From Callorhinchus milii (Eukaryota): 64,000 nucleotides of DNA. The position numbers were made by a program, and so were the translations under genes. Shown one piece after another: positions 1-12,683 of this stretch. Every line of letters begins with the position of its first letter. Positions within the stretch are counted from its first letter, which is position 1. The stretch covers positions 3,162,001-3,226,000 of the forward strand of contig NW_024704772.1 in the NCBI RefSeq assembly GCF_018977255.1, in the 5' to 3' direction. Under the pieces are notes generated by a model. It did not search any database, was not told where the DNA came from, and was given only the letters and a program-made list of their open reading frames with translations.

Positions 1-353
1 GTCGTTTCCGCCACTGTCAAGCGCTCTGGGACCCTACCCTGCCTGAGGGGCGCTGTGTTGCTGTTGTTTTTGTTGTTGTTGTCCTCCACGGTTTTGCTCC
101 CCCCACTTACCTCTCTGACCTCCTAACCCCAACGTGTCCTAACCTGCTTCAGGTCCCTCAATCCCTCCGCCTCACCCCCATTCTCTTGCCTCCTTCAAGT
201 CCCGTGTAAAGACCTTCCTCTTCGACCGTGCCTTCGACCATCCTCCCCACCCCCACCCCCTCCCTGCCCTTCACCCCTGTGGCCGTGGTGGTGATTTGCC
301 AGTGCCTTGTTGAGTGCTTAATTCTTTTATTTTGAACTCCTTAATTGCCACAG

Positions 354-3348
354 ATCTGGCCCATCATCTCCGAGACACTGTTTAGGCACCAGGCAGACAA
401 TCGCATGGTAGAGCGTTGCTGTCGGTGTCTGAGGTTTGCCATCCGATGCGTGGGTAAGGGATCAGCCACGTTAATCCAGCCCCTGGTGTCTCAGGTATGT
501 CTGTCTGTCTCTCCCTCTGTCTGTCTCTCTTTCTCTCTGTCTGTCTGTCTCTGTCTCAAAGACATGATAAGGCGCTATATCAAATGCAAGGATTACTATT
601 ATGTTAACAACTTTAGGGCATTGCTCTGCTCGGTTGTCCGTCTGAATGTGTTGCCATCCTCGCTGAAGCCAGTGCCAGTCCAACAATGAAATGCCTCTGC
701 CATTGTATCAGTGTGTGTGGTTTCACTGTCTGGACAGGACTTGTTTTTGCTGAACTAATCACTTTCTCTCTCTGTCCTCTCCCTCACTCACTCTCTCTCT
801 CTCTCTCTCTCTCTGTTTCACTCTAATATGGATTTGCCTTCATCTCCTGTTTGTTTTGCCTTTATTTTACTCTGTCTCTTCTCCTTTGTTCTCTGTGCCT
901 CTCCCTTGTCTCTCTGACCCTCTTAATTTTGCATCTCTAATTTGTTCCTTGCAACAAATTCTTCTTGTTCCTTTTTTCTCTCCCTCTCGCTCTTTCTCTC
1001 TCTCTCTCGCTCTCCCCCTTTCTCCCTTGCTTTCCGTCTCTCTCCCGCGCTCCTTCTCTCTCCCCCCCCCTCTCCCCCAGATGGTGAGCGTATACCAGCT
1101 ATACCAGCATTCCTGTTTCCTGTACCTGGGCAGTATTCTGGTGGATGAATATGGTGCTGAGGAGAGCTGCACATACGGGCTGCTGGATATGATGCAGGTA
1201 AGGCTGCCTTTCCCTGGACAGTTCCCTGGAGTTTTTCATGGAGTCCCTGTAGCTCAGTGGTCAGAGCGCTCGCGTCGCAAGTGAGAGGACCCAGGTTCGA
1301 TTCCCGGGAGGGATGGGGCGAAACGTTGGGCAAGTTTCCTTACTCCACACACACACACACACACGCCTCTGTTTACCAGCAGTAAGTAGGAACCCGGTCG
1401 TTAGTCGATCGGCGGATGCCTTTTCCGGGGGGGGTAATCCCTTCAAAATAAAATAATAATAATAATTCGGTCGCGTCAATCCACGGCTGTTTGTGGGGGA
1501 CGCTGCTGTGCGCAATTGGCTGCTGCGTTTCGCCCAAGGAATACACAGTCACTACACTGTACAACGTACCCTGTGAAGCGTTTTGAGACGTCTCGACGAC
1601 GTGATGCGGCGCTGGATCAAATGTCAGGATTGGTACTAATCCGGTGGGGGGAGAGGAGAGCGGAGAAGAATTTTTTCCCGAATGTTTCAATTTTTATTTT
1701 TTTTTCTTGACCAAAACCTCACGTGTCCTCCAGGCGTTTTGCGGTCCAACATTCCAGCTTCTAGAACAGCCCAGCGGCTTCCAGAACCATCCGGACACGG
1801 TGGACGACCTGTTCCGACTGGCGACCAGGTAACTCGGGGAAACGCCCGGCAAAGAGGGGAGGGGTGGGGGAGGACTCAGTAGCTAACGTTACTCCAAACG
1901 CCCTCCCGACGCTTTGAAGATTCCGGTCTCTCTCTGTCTCCCCAGGTTTATCCAGCGCAGCCCCGTGACATTGATCCAGAGCCCCGTCATGTCCTTGATC
2001 ATCCGCTGTGCCATCGCTGCAGCCACCCTCAACCACAGGGACGCAAACTCCAGCGTCATGAAGTTTGTACAGGATCTCGTTCATCTGGGCGTCGTCAAAG
2101 AGGTGACGTGTGTGTTCTGTGCGCGCGCGCGTGCGTGTGCGTTGTGTGTGCGTATGTGAGACTAACCCGTGCCTTGTCTCCCAGCGAGTGGAGGACTTTG
2201 AGTTGAGGAAGAACCTTGTGCGGGGGATCCTAGCAGAAAGCGGGGCTCTGCTGGTCAGCCAGCTGCTGAGGGCGAGCTGCTTCTACCTGGTGCCCAGCAT
2301 GTTGGGTACTGTGGCCGAGGTCATGTGGGAGCTCCGAGCCTTCGACCACAAGGTGAGTCCTGGGGGAACACTCCCCCCTTTCCCTCCTCCCTCCCCTTCT
2401 CCCTCTCCCCTTGCATTGGGCAGTGCTGCAGTGTGCAATTGGCTGCCGCGTTTCGCCCACAAATAACACAGTCCCTGCACTCCGCAGTCTTATTATAATA
2501 AGACGCTATATCAAGTGCAATTTATTTACTATTGTTTATCTGTATGTAAGGGAAAGCTGTGTCAAAAGTTCTCCTGTACATTTAGGGCAGGTCACTCTCT
2601 GTGTAACGCAGTTGGCTCAGACGACATGGTGTATTGCACTGGTGTGTGGAGTCCTGAGGCTCAGGGGTTAGAGCACTCGCCTCACAAGCAAGAGGACCCG
2701 GGTTCGATTCCCGGGCGGGCAGGGCGAGATCCGAGGCAGGTTTTCTTACACAGACGCGCACACGATACCAGGGATGAGAGGGTTGACTTGAGCGGGCTGA
2801 GCTGTCTAACATGCCCCCTACCCCCCCCGCAGGCCTTCTGTCAGTGGCTGGAGGACGCTTTGAAGGGCCTTCCCAAGGAACTGTCAGCCGGAGCCATCAC
2901 AGCAACAGCGAAGCAAATGATGGAATTTCACAAGCAGGTGATGTGGTACGTAGAGAGCCGGGAACTTCAGCCATATCTCCCTCGCCCCCTCGCTCGCTCC
3001 CTCTCCGACCCCCCCCTTCACTAGTTCCCTCTCTCCCACCTTCGCTTCACCTCGTTCCGAGTCCGTTTTCAAATCCCTTGAAGCCGCGTCTCGCGAACCC
3101 ACCTCTTCGACCAACTGCGCTTTAGGTCACCCTTCTACGCCCCCCACCCCCCCCCTCCACCCCACCCTCCTGATCCCGACCCCCAACTCGGGTCCAAATC
3201 CCAGACGGTCCAGCGCCTTGGGACGTCCTTCCGACGTGAAAGACGCCGTATTAATGTCGGTTGTTGTTGTTGTTTTCCGCCCAGCAGCGCTGAAGATGCC
3301 GCCATGATCAGCTGGTCCTTGATGGAATTCTCCGGCTTCTACAGATAG
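354..3348 (+). CDS. TNPO3: Transportin-3-like importin-beta family protein, last 7 coding exons (5' part is outside the window)
   Basis: GT-AG exons with consistent phases: 354-494, 1081-1197, 1734-1828, 1946-2102, 2185-2352, 2833-2945, 3288(or 3285)-3348 (TAG). Translation [36 protein letters not shown] / [16 protein letters not shown] / [21 protein letters not shown] matches the recalled TNPO3 C-terminal HEAT repeats. May be a paralog rather than the ortholog. Confidence 0.9.
1239..1632 (+). mobile_element. tRNA-derived SINE, near full length (dominant family, dozens of copies and fragments in the window)
   Basis: Head tggagtccctgTAGCTCAGTGG (A box) ... GGTTCGATTCC (B box), central gggcaagtttccttactcc...cagtaagtaggaacccg, and LINE-like tail gaagcgttttgagacgtctcgacgacgtgat. 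Confidence 0.85.
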
Positions 3349-3861
3349 CGAGCGTGAGTTGCCGAGCAAAGTGAGACGTAAGTCCCCGACTTGTGCTCCA
3401 GCGCAGTACTGGGGATGGGGGGAGCAACAACAGCTTGCATTTCCACAGCGTCCCGGAGCGATTAACAGCACGGGGGTTGGGGGGGGGGGGGGTGGGGTGT
3501 GTGGAAGGAGGGGAGGAGGTGACAGTAAATACGGTCAAAGAGGAAGCTCTTCAGTCGTGATCCAAACGACGCATTCGATCTCGCATCTTACCTCACCGTC
3601 GCAAAGCCCTTCGCAAGATCTACTGTAAAGTTCTGACCGCGAAGAAGTGGAGGGTGTACAATGATAATAATAATAATCCTCGCAATTGATACAGCGCCTT
3701 ATCACGTCACTGAGACATCTCAAAGCGCTTCTCAAGATTATACGGTCAAGCGCAGTGACTGTGTAATTTGTGGGCAACATGCCCTCAAATGGTGCACAGC
3801 AGCGTCCCACAAACAGGCGCAGAGCGAGTGAGCGATTGTATCTGGGGGATTGTCATCCAGG

Positions 3862-3894
<33 letters not shown>

Positions 3895-6599
3895 CTCCCT
3901 TCTCTTTTCGAACAGAGCTGCGGGAGATGTTTAACGTTCGCCCGAACAGGCAGACGGGGGGAGAGAGCGAGAGAGAGAGTTTAACGTCATTCGTCACTGT
4001 GTCGGGCTGCGTGTGGGGGGCATTGGCCGGCTGACAATGCGCGTGCCTGAAAGCACATCACTGCACGTTTTACTCCACTGCCAGGACGCGATAGGGAGGG
4101 CTATTATAGTTAAGGGCGCCCTGGGATTCCGGGAGCCTTGGCCACTGGCCACGCGTTATATCGGCTTGTATTATAGTATCACATCTATTATATTATATCA
4201 TCGCGAGGTACGGCTGTGCCCGCTCTGTGTGTGGCACCGTGCCAGGCTTGATGGAGATGCCCAGTGGAGCGGAGCAAAGAGTCAGGTCACCCTGGGCAGA
4301 AACCTAGCAACGGGTGATTGTGAGGGTGGGGAGGGGGGAGAGTGGGGAGGGTGGAGGTAAACGACAGCTCACGAGGCAGCTTTTAGCTGGATGGGGGAGG
4401 GGATGGGGAGTGGGGGAGGGAGTAGGGGTTGGGGTGGGGTGGGAGGAGGGGGGAGGTATAAAGGCACAAATGCGTTGAATAAGCTGGTTACTGAGCCACT
4501 GCTGTCTCCGACCAGCTCAGTGTGTATTGTGTGCAGATTACATCCACTCAGACAGACGGTGGGACTGTGCCTGTGCTCATAATTACCTCTTACTGTCAAA
4601 CCCAGCTCTGTCTCTTTGTCTCTCTCTCTCTCCATCTTTCTCTCTCTCTCTGTCTCGTTCTCTCTCTTTGTCTCTCTTCCTCTTTCTCAATCTGCCGCAA
4701 TCGGCTGCCGCCTTTCACCCACAAAACACACGCGCGCACACAGTCACTCCACTTTACAGTGTATCCTGTGAAGCGCTTTGAGACATCGCAACGGAGTGAT
4801 AAGGCGCTGTATCAATTGCAAGGATTATTATTATTATCCTCTACACCTTTGCGGGAGTTTGCTGTGTCCCTGAGATAGACGCTTACAAAGTGAACAGTCA
4901 CTACGCTCGACCAGTGATTCCCTGTGAGGCACGAGGAGACAGTGAGACGTTGTAAACTGGGTCAACGGGCAGTGAGTTGACCAGCCCTGTGTGGAACTGG
5001 ATCAGTCCCTCTGCCTCGCCCCCTCCCTCGTCTCTTTCAAGAGCCGTCTCAAGACCCTCCTCTTGGACTGTGCCTTCAGTACCCTCCCTCCCTGCGCCCC
5101 CCCCACCCCTCCTGGTCCCAAATCCCAGCCTGGGTGCGGACGTCTGACTGTCCAGGGACTCGGGACGTCCTCCTGACGTGAAAGTCATTTGATGTGGTTG
5201 CAGAGCCCTGTGTGAGCTCTGTGGTCGTTTGGCGCTCTCTCTCTCTCTCTCTCTCTCTCTTGGCGAGGATAGAGAGAGAGAGAGAGAGAGACATGTTGAC
5301 AAAGGGAAACTGCTGCCTCCCAAGGTCTGGGCGGAGAGTGGAGTCACGGGCCAGTGACCCGGCTGATCGGTTTCCTGTCTCTCACGTCGTTGTTGCCTGG
5401 AACGTTCCGGAATGTCAGCCGGGCGGCGTTCCAGGGAACTGGGCCATTCCAGCAACACTAACCTCCCCAGAGCGATGGGCCATTTAGTGAGCGGGAGAGG
5501 CTGAACTCACTAAGGCTCTTTGCTCTCCCCTTCTGCCCCACCCCACCTCCCCCTCCCCGACCCCCCAAAAGCAGGCACCAGGCTTTGAGACCAAAAAAAT
5601 AACAACGTGGTCACTCAACCCACGGGGACGGACGTCGCTGGGCGCAATCGGCTGCCGCGTTTCGCCCATAAACTACACGGTCACCTCACTTGACAGTGCA
5701 TCCTGTGAAGCGCTTTGAGATGTCTCGACGACGCGATAAGGCGCCGGGTCAAATGCGGGCATTACTATTTACTATTATCATTATTATTATTATTCTCCTC
5801 CCGACGTGAAAGGCACTCGTATTCGTTGCTGTGAGGCTGAGAGCTTCGGTGCTCCCGAGAATCTGGTGGCGTCGGGGCAGAGGAGTGGAAATGGCACGTG
5901 CCCCTTTCTCCCCTCGCACCTCCCTACCTACCTGATTTGCTTACCCCCCGCCGCCCACCCCTCTACCCGCTGCCTCCGCTCTGCCACCAGCCCTGGCTTA
6001 CGACAAGCTCCATCTGTGTTTCACGGCTGGCGTTTTGACTCTTTCCCCATCCCATCAGTGGCCAAGCTTTGTGGGTTTAGTTGGTTAGACTCCCATCAGT
6101 TGCCCCCAATGCACACTCTGGGCTCTCCCCACCCCCCCCATAAAGCCTTGGCTCTCGCCAACCTACGCCTAATACTCTCCGGAATTAGGTGAGCAGGGGG
6201 GGGCGAGAGAGAGAGAGAGCGCATTCCATTCTAACAGAGTTTTTTTTGTGTGTGTGTGTATATATATATATAATGGCCGTGTGTGTGTTTTCTTTTGCTT
6301 GTAGTTGTGTGAGCAGCTCTCTGGGACTGAGCCACGACTCCGACAGACAGAAAAGACTGGACAACACTGTGCACTGCTTCAAGGAGAAAACCACGTTGGG
6401 GCGAGCGGGGGTGGGATGGGGCGGGGGGGGGCGGGTAGTGGGGTGGGATTGTGGGGGAGAGAGGGGTAGGGGAAAGGGAGGGGGTCTTTTCCCATCTTAA
6501 TTTCGGGCAGGTGGATTTGGAGACTGGGGGAGTTCTATTATCATTTGGATTATTCCAGAGGTTAGGAGGTGTCGGAAAGGGCGGTGGAGGCCGATTCGA

Positions 6600-6762
6600 T
6601 AACAACTTTTAAAAACGCGGTGACGGGTATGTGAGGACGGGTTTGCGGGTTATGGGGAAAGGGCCGGGGAGTGGGACTGACATTAATTGCTCTATTCAAA
6701 GAGCCGACACAGACTCGATGGGCCGAATGGCCTCTTTTTGTGCGGTACGATTCTATGATTCT
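6600..6762 (+). mobile_element. CR1-clade LINE 3' end
   Basis: gatgggccgaatggcctc stem followed by attctatgattcta terminal repeats. Minus-strand relatives near 9265-9400, 31745-32540 and 35720-35965. Confidence 0.65.
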
Positions 6763-7196
6763 AGTGGAGCGACTCGGGTTGGCACTGCTTGAAGTGATGA
6801 TTATCCGCAAGGGAATGGCAGTTTCCTACTCAGGCTAATATACCCACAAACAATATAAATTGGTTTTGCTGTTGTGGGACTTGTGCGCAATTGGCTGCCG
6901 CATTCGCCCACAAATATACAGTCAATTCACTTTACAGTGTGTTCTGTGAAGCGCTTTGGGACGTCCTCCCGACGTGAAAAGCGCTATATCAAATGCAAGG
7001 ATTATTATTATGATTCTATGGAGATGGGGCTGTGTGTGTGTGTGTGTGTGTGAGACCTCTCAGTCGTTGGGCTTTGTTTGGCCTCTCGAACTCCAGGGGA
7101 ATAGGGGAATGTGTTATAATGTCCGACTGACGGATCTTTCTCACAGTCTTCCCTCTTCCTCTCTCTCCCCCTTTCTCTCTCTCTCTCTTGTCCCAG

Positions 7197-10141
7197 ATGA
7201 AGGATGTCTTTTTCTTCCTGTTTTTTCTGGGGATCTGGCTGGTGGCTTACGGGGTGACCACACAGGGGCTCCTGCACCCTGGAGAAGCTCGGCTCAGCTG
7301 GATTTTCCGTCGGGTTTTCTACAGACCCTACCTCCAGATCTTCGGCCAAATCCCACTGAATGAGATCGATGGTGAGGTTCCTAGTCAGCACGTGCATGTG
7401 CGTGCGTGCGTGTATGTCTGTGCGCACGTGTGCATATATGTGTGCATGTATGTGTGCATGTGTGTATGTGTGCATTTGTGTGTGTGTGTCCACACATCAT
7501 ACACACGTACAGCCGTGAAATGCTTGTGTGTGTAACGTGTGCTGTGCTCTGACTCCACATGTTCTATTGTAGCTGCGTTCATCAGTACCGTTAACTGCAC
7601 CAATGACCCCATCTCCATGGTCATGGACGATCTGCCTCCTTGCATCAACACCTATGCCAATTGGCTGGTGATTGTCCTACTTGTAGTCTTTCTGTTGGTG
7701 GCCAACATCCTCCTGGTCAACCTCCTCATCGCCATGTTCAGGTGCAGTACAACCTCCCTCCATCATAGGAACCTAAGACCTCCCTCCGCATCTTCTTGTC
7801 CATCATCATAGAGCCCTCGCCTCGCAAGCAAGAGGACCTGGGTTTGATTCCCGGGCAAGAAGAAACCTTAGGCGAGTTTCCTTACTCCTCACGCACACCT
7901 CTGTTTACCCGGCAGTAAGTAGGAACCCGATTGTAATAATTCCGGAGGTAATAATTCCTTCCGAAAAAACATAATAAATAGTAGAATTAAATTGGTCACT
8001 CAATCCATGACTGTTTTTGGGACATTTCTATGCGTAATTGTCTCAAAGCGTTTCACAGGATATACGGTAAAGTAGATTGTATTTTGTGGGCGAAACGCGG
8101 CTGCCAATGGCGCACAGCAGTGTCCCACAAACAGCCGTGGATTCAAGTGACCAAATTTAGGAGGGATTATTATCTCCGGAAAGCGATCCACCAATCGACT
8201 AACAACCAGGTTCCAATCGGGTAAACAGAGGTAAGGAGTAAGGAAACTTGCTTAAGGTTTTGTTCTGCCCGGGAATCAAACCCAGGTCCTCTCGCTTGCG
8301 AGACGAGCGCTCTAACTGGTGAGGTACTGGGACTCCACACTCGTTCTGGGAGCCAAGTGTCCGTGTGTAACTTTCCTCCTCATGTCTCTATTTCCAGCTA
8401 CACCTTCTCGAAGGTTCAGGGGAACAGCGACATTTACTGGAAGTTCCAGCGCTATAACCTGATCGTGGAGTATCACAAATACCCTGCGCTGGCTCCTCCC
8501 TTCATCATCCTCAGTCACATCAACCTCATCATCAAACGTAACATCAGGAAAGTCAGCTCCGTCAAGAGGAAGCACTTCAGTAAGAGACCCTCCTCTATCT
8601 TCCTCTTCCTCCCCCACCTTTGCTCACCTGCGCTGTGTTGGCCTTGCATTGGGTTGGCTGATGAGTTAGACTTCCTTACTCACCCTCCAGCATGAGCTAA
8701 GCTCATAATAATAATAATATTAATATATAATAATAATGATAATCCTTGCATTTTGATCCAGCGCCTCATCACGTCTTCAAGACGTCTCAAAGCGCTTCAC
8801 ACGATACACTGTAAAGTGTAGTGACCGTATATTTTGTGGGCAAAATTGGATGGGAAGAGGGTCACAGTCTTGGGGCTGTTGGCCAAGATTCAAGCACGAG
8901 AGATTTTTCTGCCTCATGTAGTGATGGATCTTTCGAAGTTGGCATCCAGTAAGTTGATGACCTGGGAGATGGTGCAGAAGGAGAACTATCTCGTCAACCG
9001 CGAGAAGCTGAACAGGGAACGAGATGGGGAGAGGCTGAAAAGGACGGGGCAAAAGTAAGCCATTCTTCGCACTCCTAACCCCAAGCCGGGGATTCGTAGA
9101 GCCGTAGAATATTAGTAATAACAACGAGTAATCCTCGCGTTCGACACAGTGCCTTTTCACGTCTTCGAGGCGTCTCAAAGCGCTTCACGGGATACACTGT
9201 AAAGTGAATTGACTGTGTGCCTTGTGGGCGAAACTCGGTAGCCAACCGCGCGCACAAAACACAGCACCGAAGGAGGCCATTCGGCCCATCGTGCCTGTGA
9301 CGGCAAATTGGCCACCCACCCGATCAGTCCCGCTCTCCCCCGCTCTTTCCCCACACATCCCTGAAAATTTTTTCCTTCTCACGAAGTCCGTCCAGGAACA
9401 GCCTTAAACGCTCCCAGACTCTGCCAACCCTCGTGAAAGGCGTTACGCTAACGCGGGGCGTCGTTAGGACTTTCGCGCCATAAGACGGGGCTGAATTTCG
9501 GGGAATTTGTACGTCTTTGTAGGGTCGACAATATCTTGAAGTACATGACGGACATCCGTGAGCATGAACGGAGGCTGAGGATACTGGAGGAGGAGGTGAC
9601 GTCTTGGTTCTCTCTCTCTGTGTGTGTGCGTGCGTGGCTATGGGTGGGGGTGTGGGTGGGGGTGTGGGTGGGGGTTTGGGTGGGGGTTTGGGTGGGGTCT
9701 CCCACTGTCTCTCCATCACCGAACACATCGACTTCAAGATCTTCCCCACTCGTGTTCAAATCCCTTCACTCTCTGGTACCTCCCTCTCACCCTCACTGAT
9801 CTCCTCACTCCCCCCAGTGCACCACCCGGTTAGCGCCTCCACTCGACTGGCACTCAAGAGTAACGTCTCACACACACACTCAGAGTAACACACAGAGTAA
9901 GTCACACACACATACACACTGTGTTACTCTGCGTGTGTGTTACTCTGTGTGTGGGTGAGTGTGACTGTGCGTATGTGGGTGTGTGTGTTCCTGTGTGTGT
10001 GTGTGTGTGTGTGTGTGACGTTACTCTCTCTGTCACTCTCTATCCAGGTGGATTACTGCACAAATGCTCTCACTTGGTTGGTGGAATCTTTAGATCAAAG
10101 TGACCTTATCAAGAGCAGCAGATCACCACCCAGATATACAG
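7197..10141 (+). CDS. TRPM4: TRPM4 channel, C-terminal half (S5, pore, S6, TRP box, coiled coil); inverted relative to the N-terminal half, last exon missing
   Basis: Exons 7197-7371, 7573-7741, 8398-8579, 8922-9054, 9523-9595, 10048-10141 with consistent phases. Peptides [20 protein letters not shown], filter [26 protein letters not shown] box WKFQRY. Confidence 0.88.
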
Positions 10142-10219
10142 GTAAAACAGGGAGTGAAGGGGGAGTGAGGGGGGTGTGAGGAGGGAGGGAGGGGGAATGA
10201 TGGGTGAAGAAGGGGAGTG

Positions 10220-10244
10220 NNNNNNNNNNNNNNNNNNNNNNNNN
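10220..10244. other. Assembly gap (others: 18926-19102, 25203-25372, 27849-28251, 30307-30509, 34187-34362, 44347-44503)
   Basis: Runs of N. This 25-N gap is too short to hold the missing TRPM4 last exon plus most of the GTPase gene. Confidence 0.95.
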
Positions 10245-10527
10245 GAAGGACCTCCAGTACGACCGCATGGTGACCGAGGAGGAAGGGGGTGGCGTAGCCC
10301 GCGCCCTCAATTGCCCCTTCTTCGAGATCTCCGCCAGGGACAGCTATGAGGAGACGGTAGCTGTGTTCACCGCGCTTTACCACGAGCTGGCAAACAATGG
10401 CACCCTGTCGGCCTTCAGGAGGAAGGTCTCCTCCAAACTGATGGACAAAATGCCAAGGATCCCCTCCACGGCCACCATGGGCCTGTCTACCAGGAGCTTT
10501 AGCCTGAGCTCAGTCAAGGATTTCTGA
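10245..10527 (+). CDS. RERG/RASL-family small GTPase, terminal exon only (upstream part lost in gap 10220-10244)
   Basis: KDLQYDRMVTEEEGGGVARALNCPFFEISARDSYEE contains the end of the G4 (NKxD) motif and the G5 (ExSA) motif. It ends SSVKDF* without a CAAX box, as in RERG/RASL11/RASL12. Confidence 0.75.
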
Positions 10528-11534
10528 CACCAGGGGAGCGTTGAGATTCCCTCGGGCCTACCTTCAACTCCAAGCGCTCTGTCCTCACAGCCCCTTCCTC
10601 TCCTCCCCCATCTTCAGCTCGCGCCAGAAGACTTTCCTCTTCGACCGCTCTCCCCACCGGCTCTGCGTCCTCCTCCGCCACGGCCTTGCGCTCTGGGACG
10701 CTAACCTGCGAGGAGGGGACGGTGTGTAAATACAAGTTGTCTTTGTCGTCGCGGGTCACACCAGACCTTTAGGTCAACTTGCCTCTGGTCCCTCGGCCCC
10801 ATTTCATAATAATATTAATAATAATAATCCTCGCGTTGGACACAGCGCCTTATCACGCCTTCGAGACGTCTCAAAGCGCTTCACGGGATATACGTGTAAG
10901 AGCACGGGTCACAATAAAGTGCCTTCGCCCACCACAAAGCCAAGACGATCTGTTTATTTTGCTCAGGCTCTCGCTCGCTCTCTCAACCCAGCGCTCAGGA
11001 AATGTTTAGGATAATTTAGGATAAGGTGGGACGGTCTGCAGGGAGAGGCGCTGTTTGTACAGTTACTAGCGGACGCGAAGAAACCATTAACCCTTCTCTC
11101 TCTCTCTCGGTCTCTCTCCAAACCGTACACTCGGACCTCACTTCCTCCAGAGTCAGATGGCTGTGGGTTCAAGCCCCGAGAACCATTGGCGATCGGGGCC
11201 TTCAGCCTCTCTGCCCAAACCCTTTGGAATTTTCTCCATCTCTCTCGCCTCCTTCAAGCCCCATCTCCTCTTCGACCTTCGGCCAACACCCCCCGAACCC
11301 CATCACCCCCCAAACCCCCTGCCCCGCACCCCTCCTGAGCCCATCTCCCAGCTCAGGTCCAAAACCCCTCGGTTGTCCAGCGCCCTGGGACGTCTTTCCG
11401 ACCCGAATGGCGTTCGCTGCACGAGTCTAACGTGTCGTCGTCGTCGTCGTTGTTGTTGTTGACACCGAGCGAAGGCGGCGGCCGTTTCAATCCAAAACGC
11501 GTCGAAAAGAGACTCCGCGTGAAACCGAAACGTC

Positions 11535-12683
11535 GCGTTTTTTTTTGTTCAAAATTTAATATAAAAAAAGGTTCCTGTACAATTATCACACAATCCAAAC
11601 CTGTACCACCAATGAAACTAAACACGCACACGCACGCAGCGCGCGCGCACACACACACACGCACGCACACGCACGCACTATACACAGGGATCATACAGAA
11701 TTCTCTCGAAACCGCGTTAAGGAGCTTAAATCAACAACCCACCCCACCCCACCCCACAAAGGGTCTCAACTATGACTACACTATGACCAGTGCGCCTCTC
11801 GGTGGCTTCTTTTTTATATATTATATACCTCCGTCTGATATAATATATAAAACTGCTTATTCTACTGCAAAACTGAGGAACTTATGAACGTTGTCCTAAT
11901 TTACGAACCCACTTTTCTCTCTCTCTCCGTTTGAAGAAATTCCCTATAAATCGACACCGTTTCCTCACTCGATGATCCGGGACTCTCTCTCTCTCTCTCT
12001 CTCGGAAAGTCGCTGCAAATTCCCCCCTCTCCCTCGTTCACGCTTCCACACCGCATTGGGTCGGGTCTCGACCCCCCCCACCACCCCCAGTTGACTTGGA
12101 ATTAGTTATGGTTGGGGCTGAAATGAAATGAACCTTAAGATGAGATCTGGAGGTCACACACCACAGCATTGGGTCTCTCTCTCTCTCGAGCGCTCGTAGC
12201 CCCCAAACACTTTGAAGCGGTTTCTCGTTCCATTTGCATCGCTTCGAGAGGGCGTCGCAACCCAGTCGGGCGGTGGGGGTGGGGGGGGAGTGCGTGTCCG
12301 TCTGTGCGGGCGGGAGGGGGTTACAGGTCGCCGCAGATACACGCTGCGGATCAGAAGCCCCCAATCCGACTCCCGACGAGTACTCCAGGAGTTCTAATAA
12401 TAATAATTATAATCCCGGCATTTGACACAGCGCCTCATCACGTCTTCGAGACGCCTCAAAGCGCTTCACGGGATACGCTGTCAAGTGGAGTGACTGCGTA
12501 TTTTGTGGGCAAAACGCGGCAGCCGACTGCGCCCCCTGCGACGTCCCCGCAAACAGTCGTGGATTGAGTGACCACATTATTTTTTTTTTGTGGGGGGGGG
12601 GGGTGGGGAAAGGGGGCAATATTGTCCGTTGCTGGACTTGAATTCTCTCTCGGACCCCACTCCCACCCCCGAGTTCTCAGGAG
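11535..12683 (-). other. Candidate non-coding terminal (3'-UTR) exon, probably belonging to the TNPO3-like gene
   Basis: Minus-strand acceptor cctgtgtgtccgtcccctttctgctcAG (plus-strand CT at 12684-12685). It is followed by mostly unique U-rich sequence, an ATTAAA signal (plus tttaat near 11555-11560) and a GT-rich downstream element. Confidence 0.45.

Noticed and set aside
1240-1315. tRNA-like sequences with A and B boxes (also near 2648, 43320, 43775, 61067, 63357)
   Set aside because: They are SINE heads: each continues into SINE body sequence, and no convincing complete cloverleaf is apparent.
6305-6410. Exon-like unique segment after a good acceptor
   Set aside because: No recognisable peptide, no canonical GT donor and no partner exons.
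7197-7741. TRPM5 or a second TRPM paralog as the source of the plus-strand exons
   Set aside because: Some residues are TRPM5-like, but the exons exactly complement the minus-strand half, whose N-terminus and HRC linkage indicate TRPM4.
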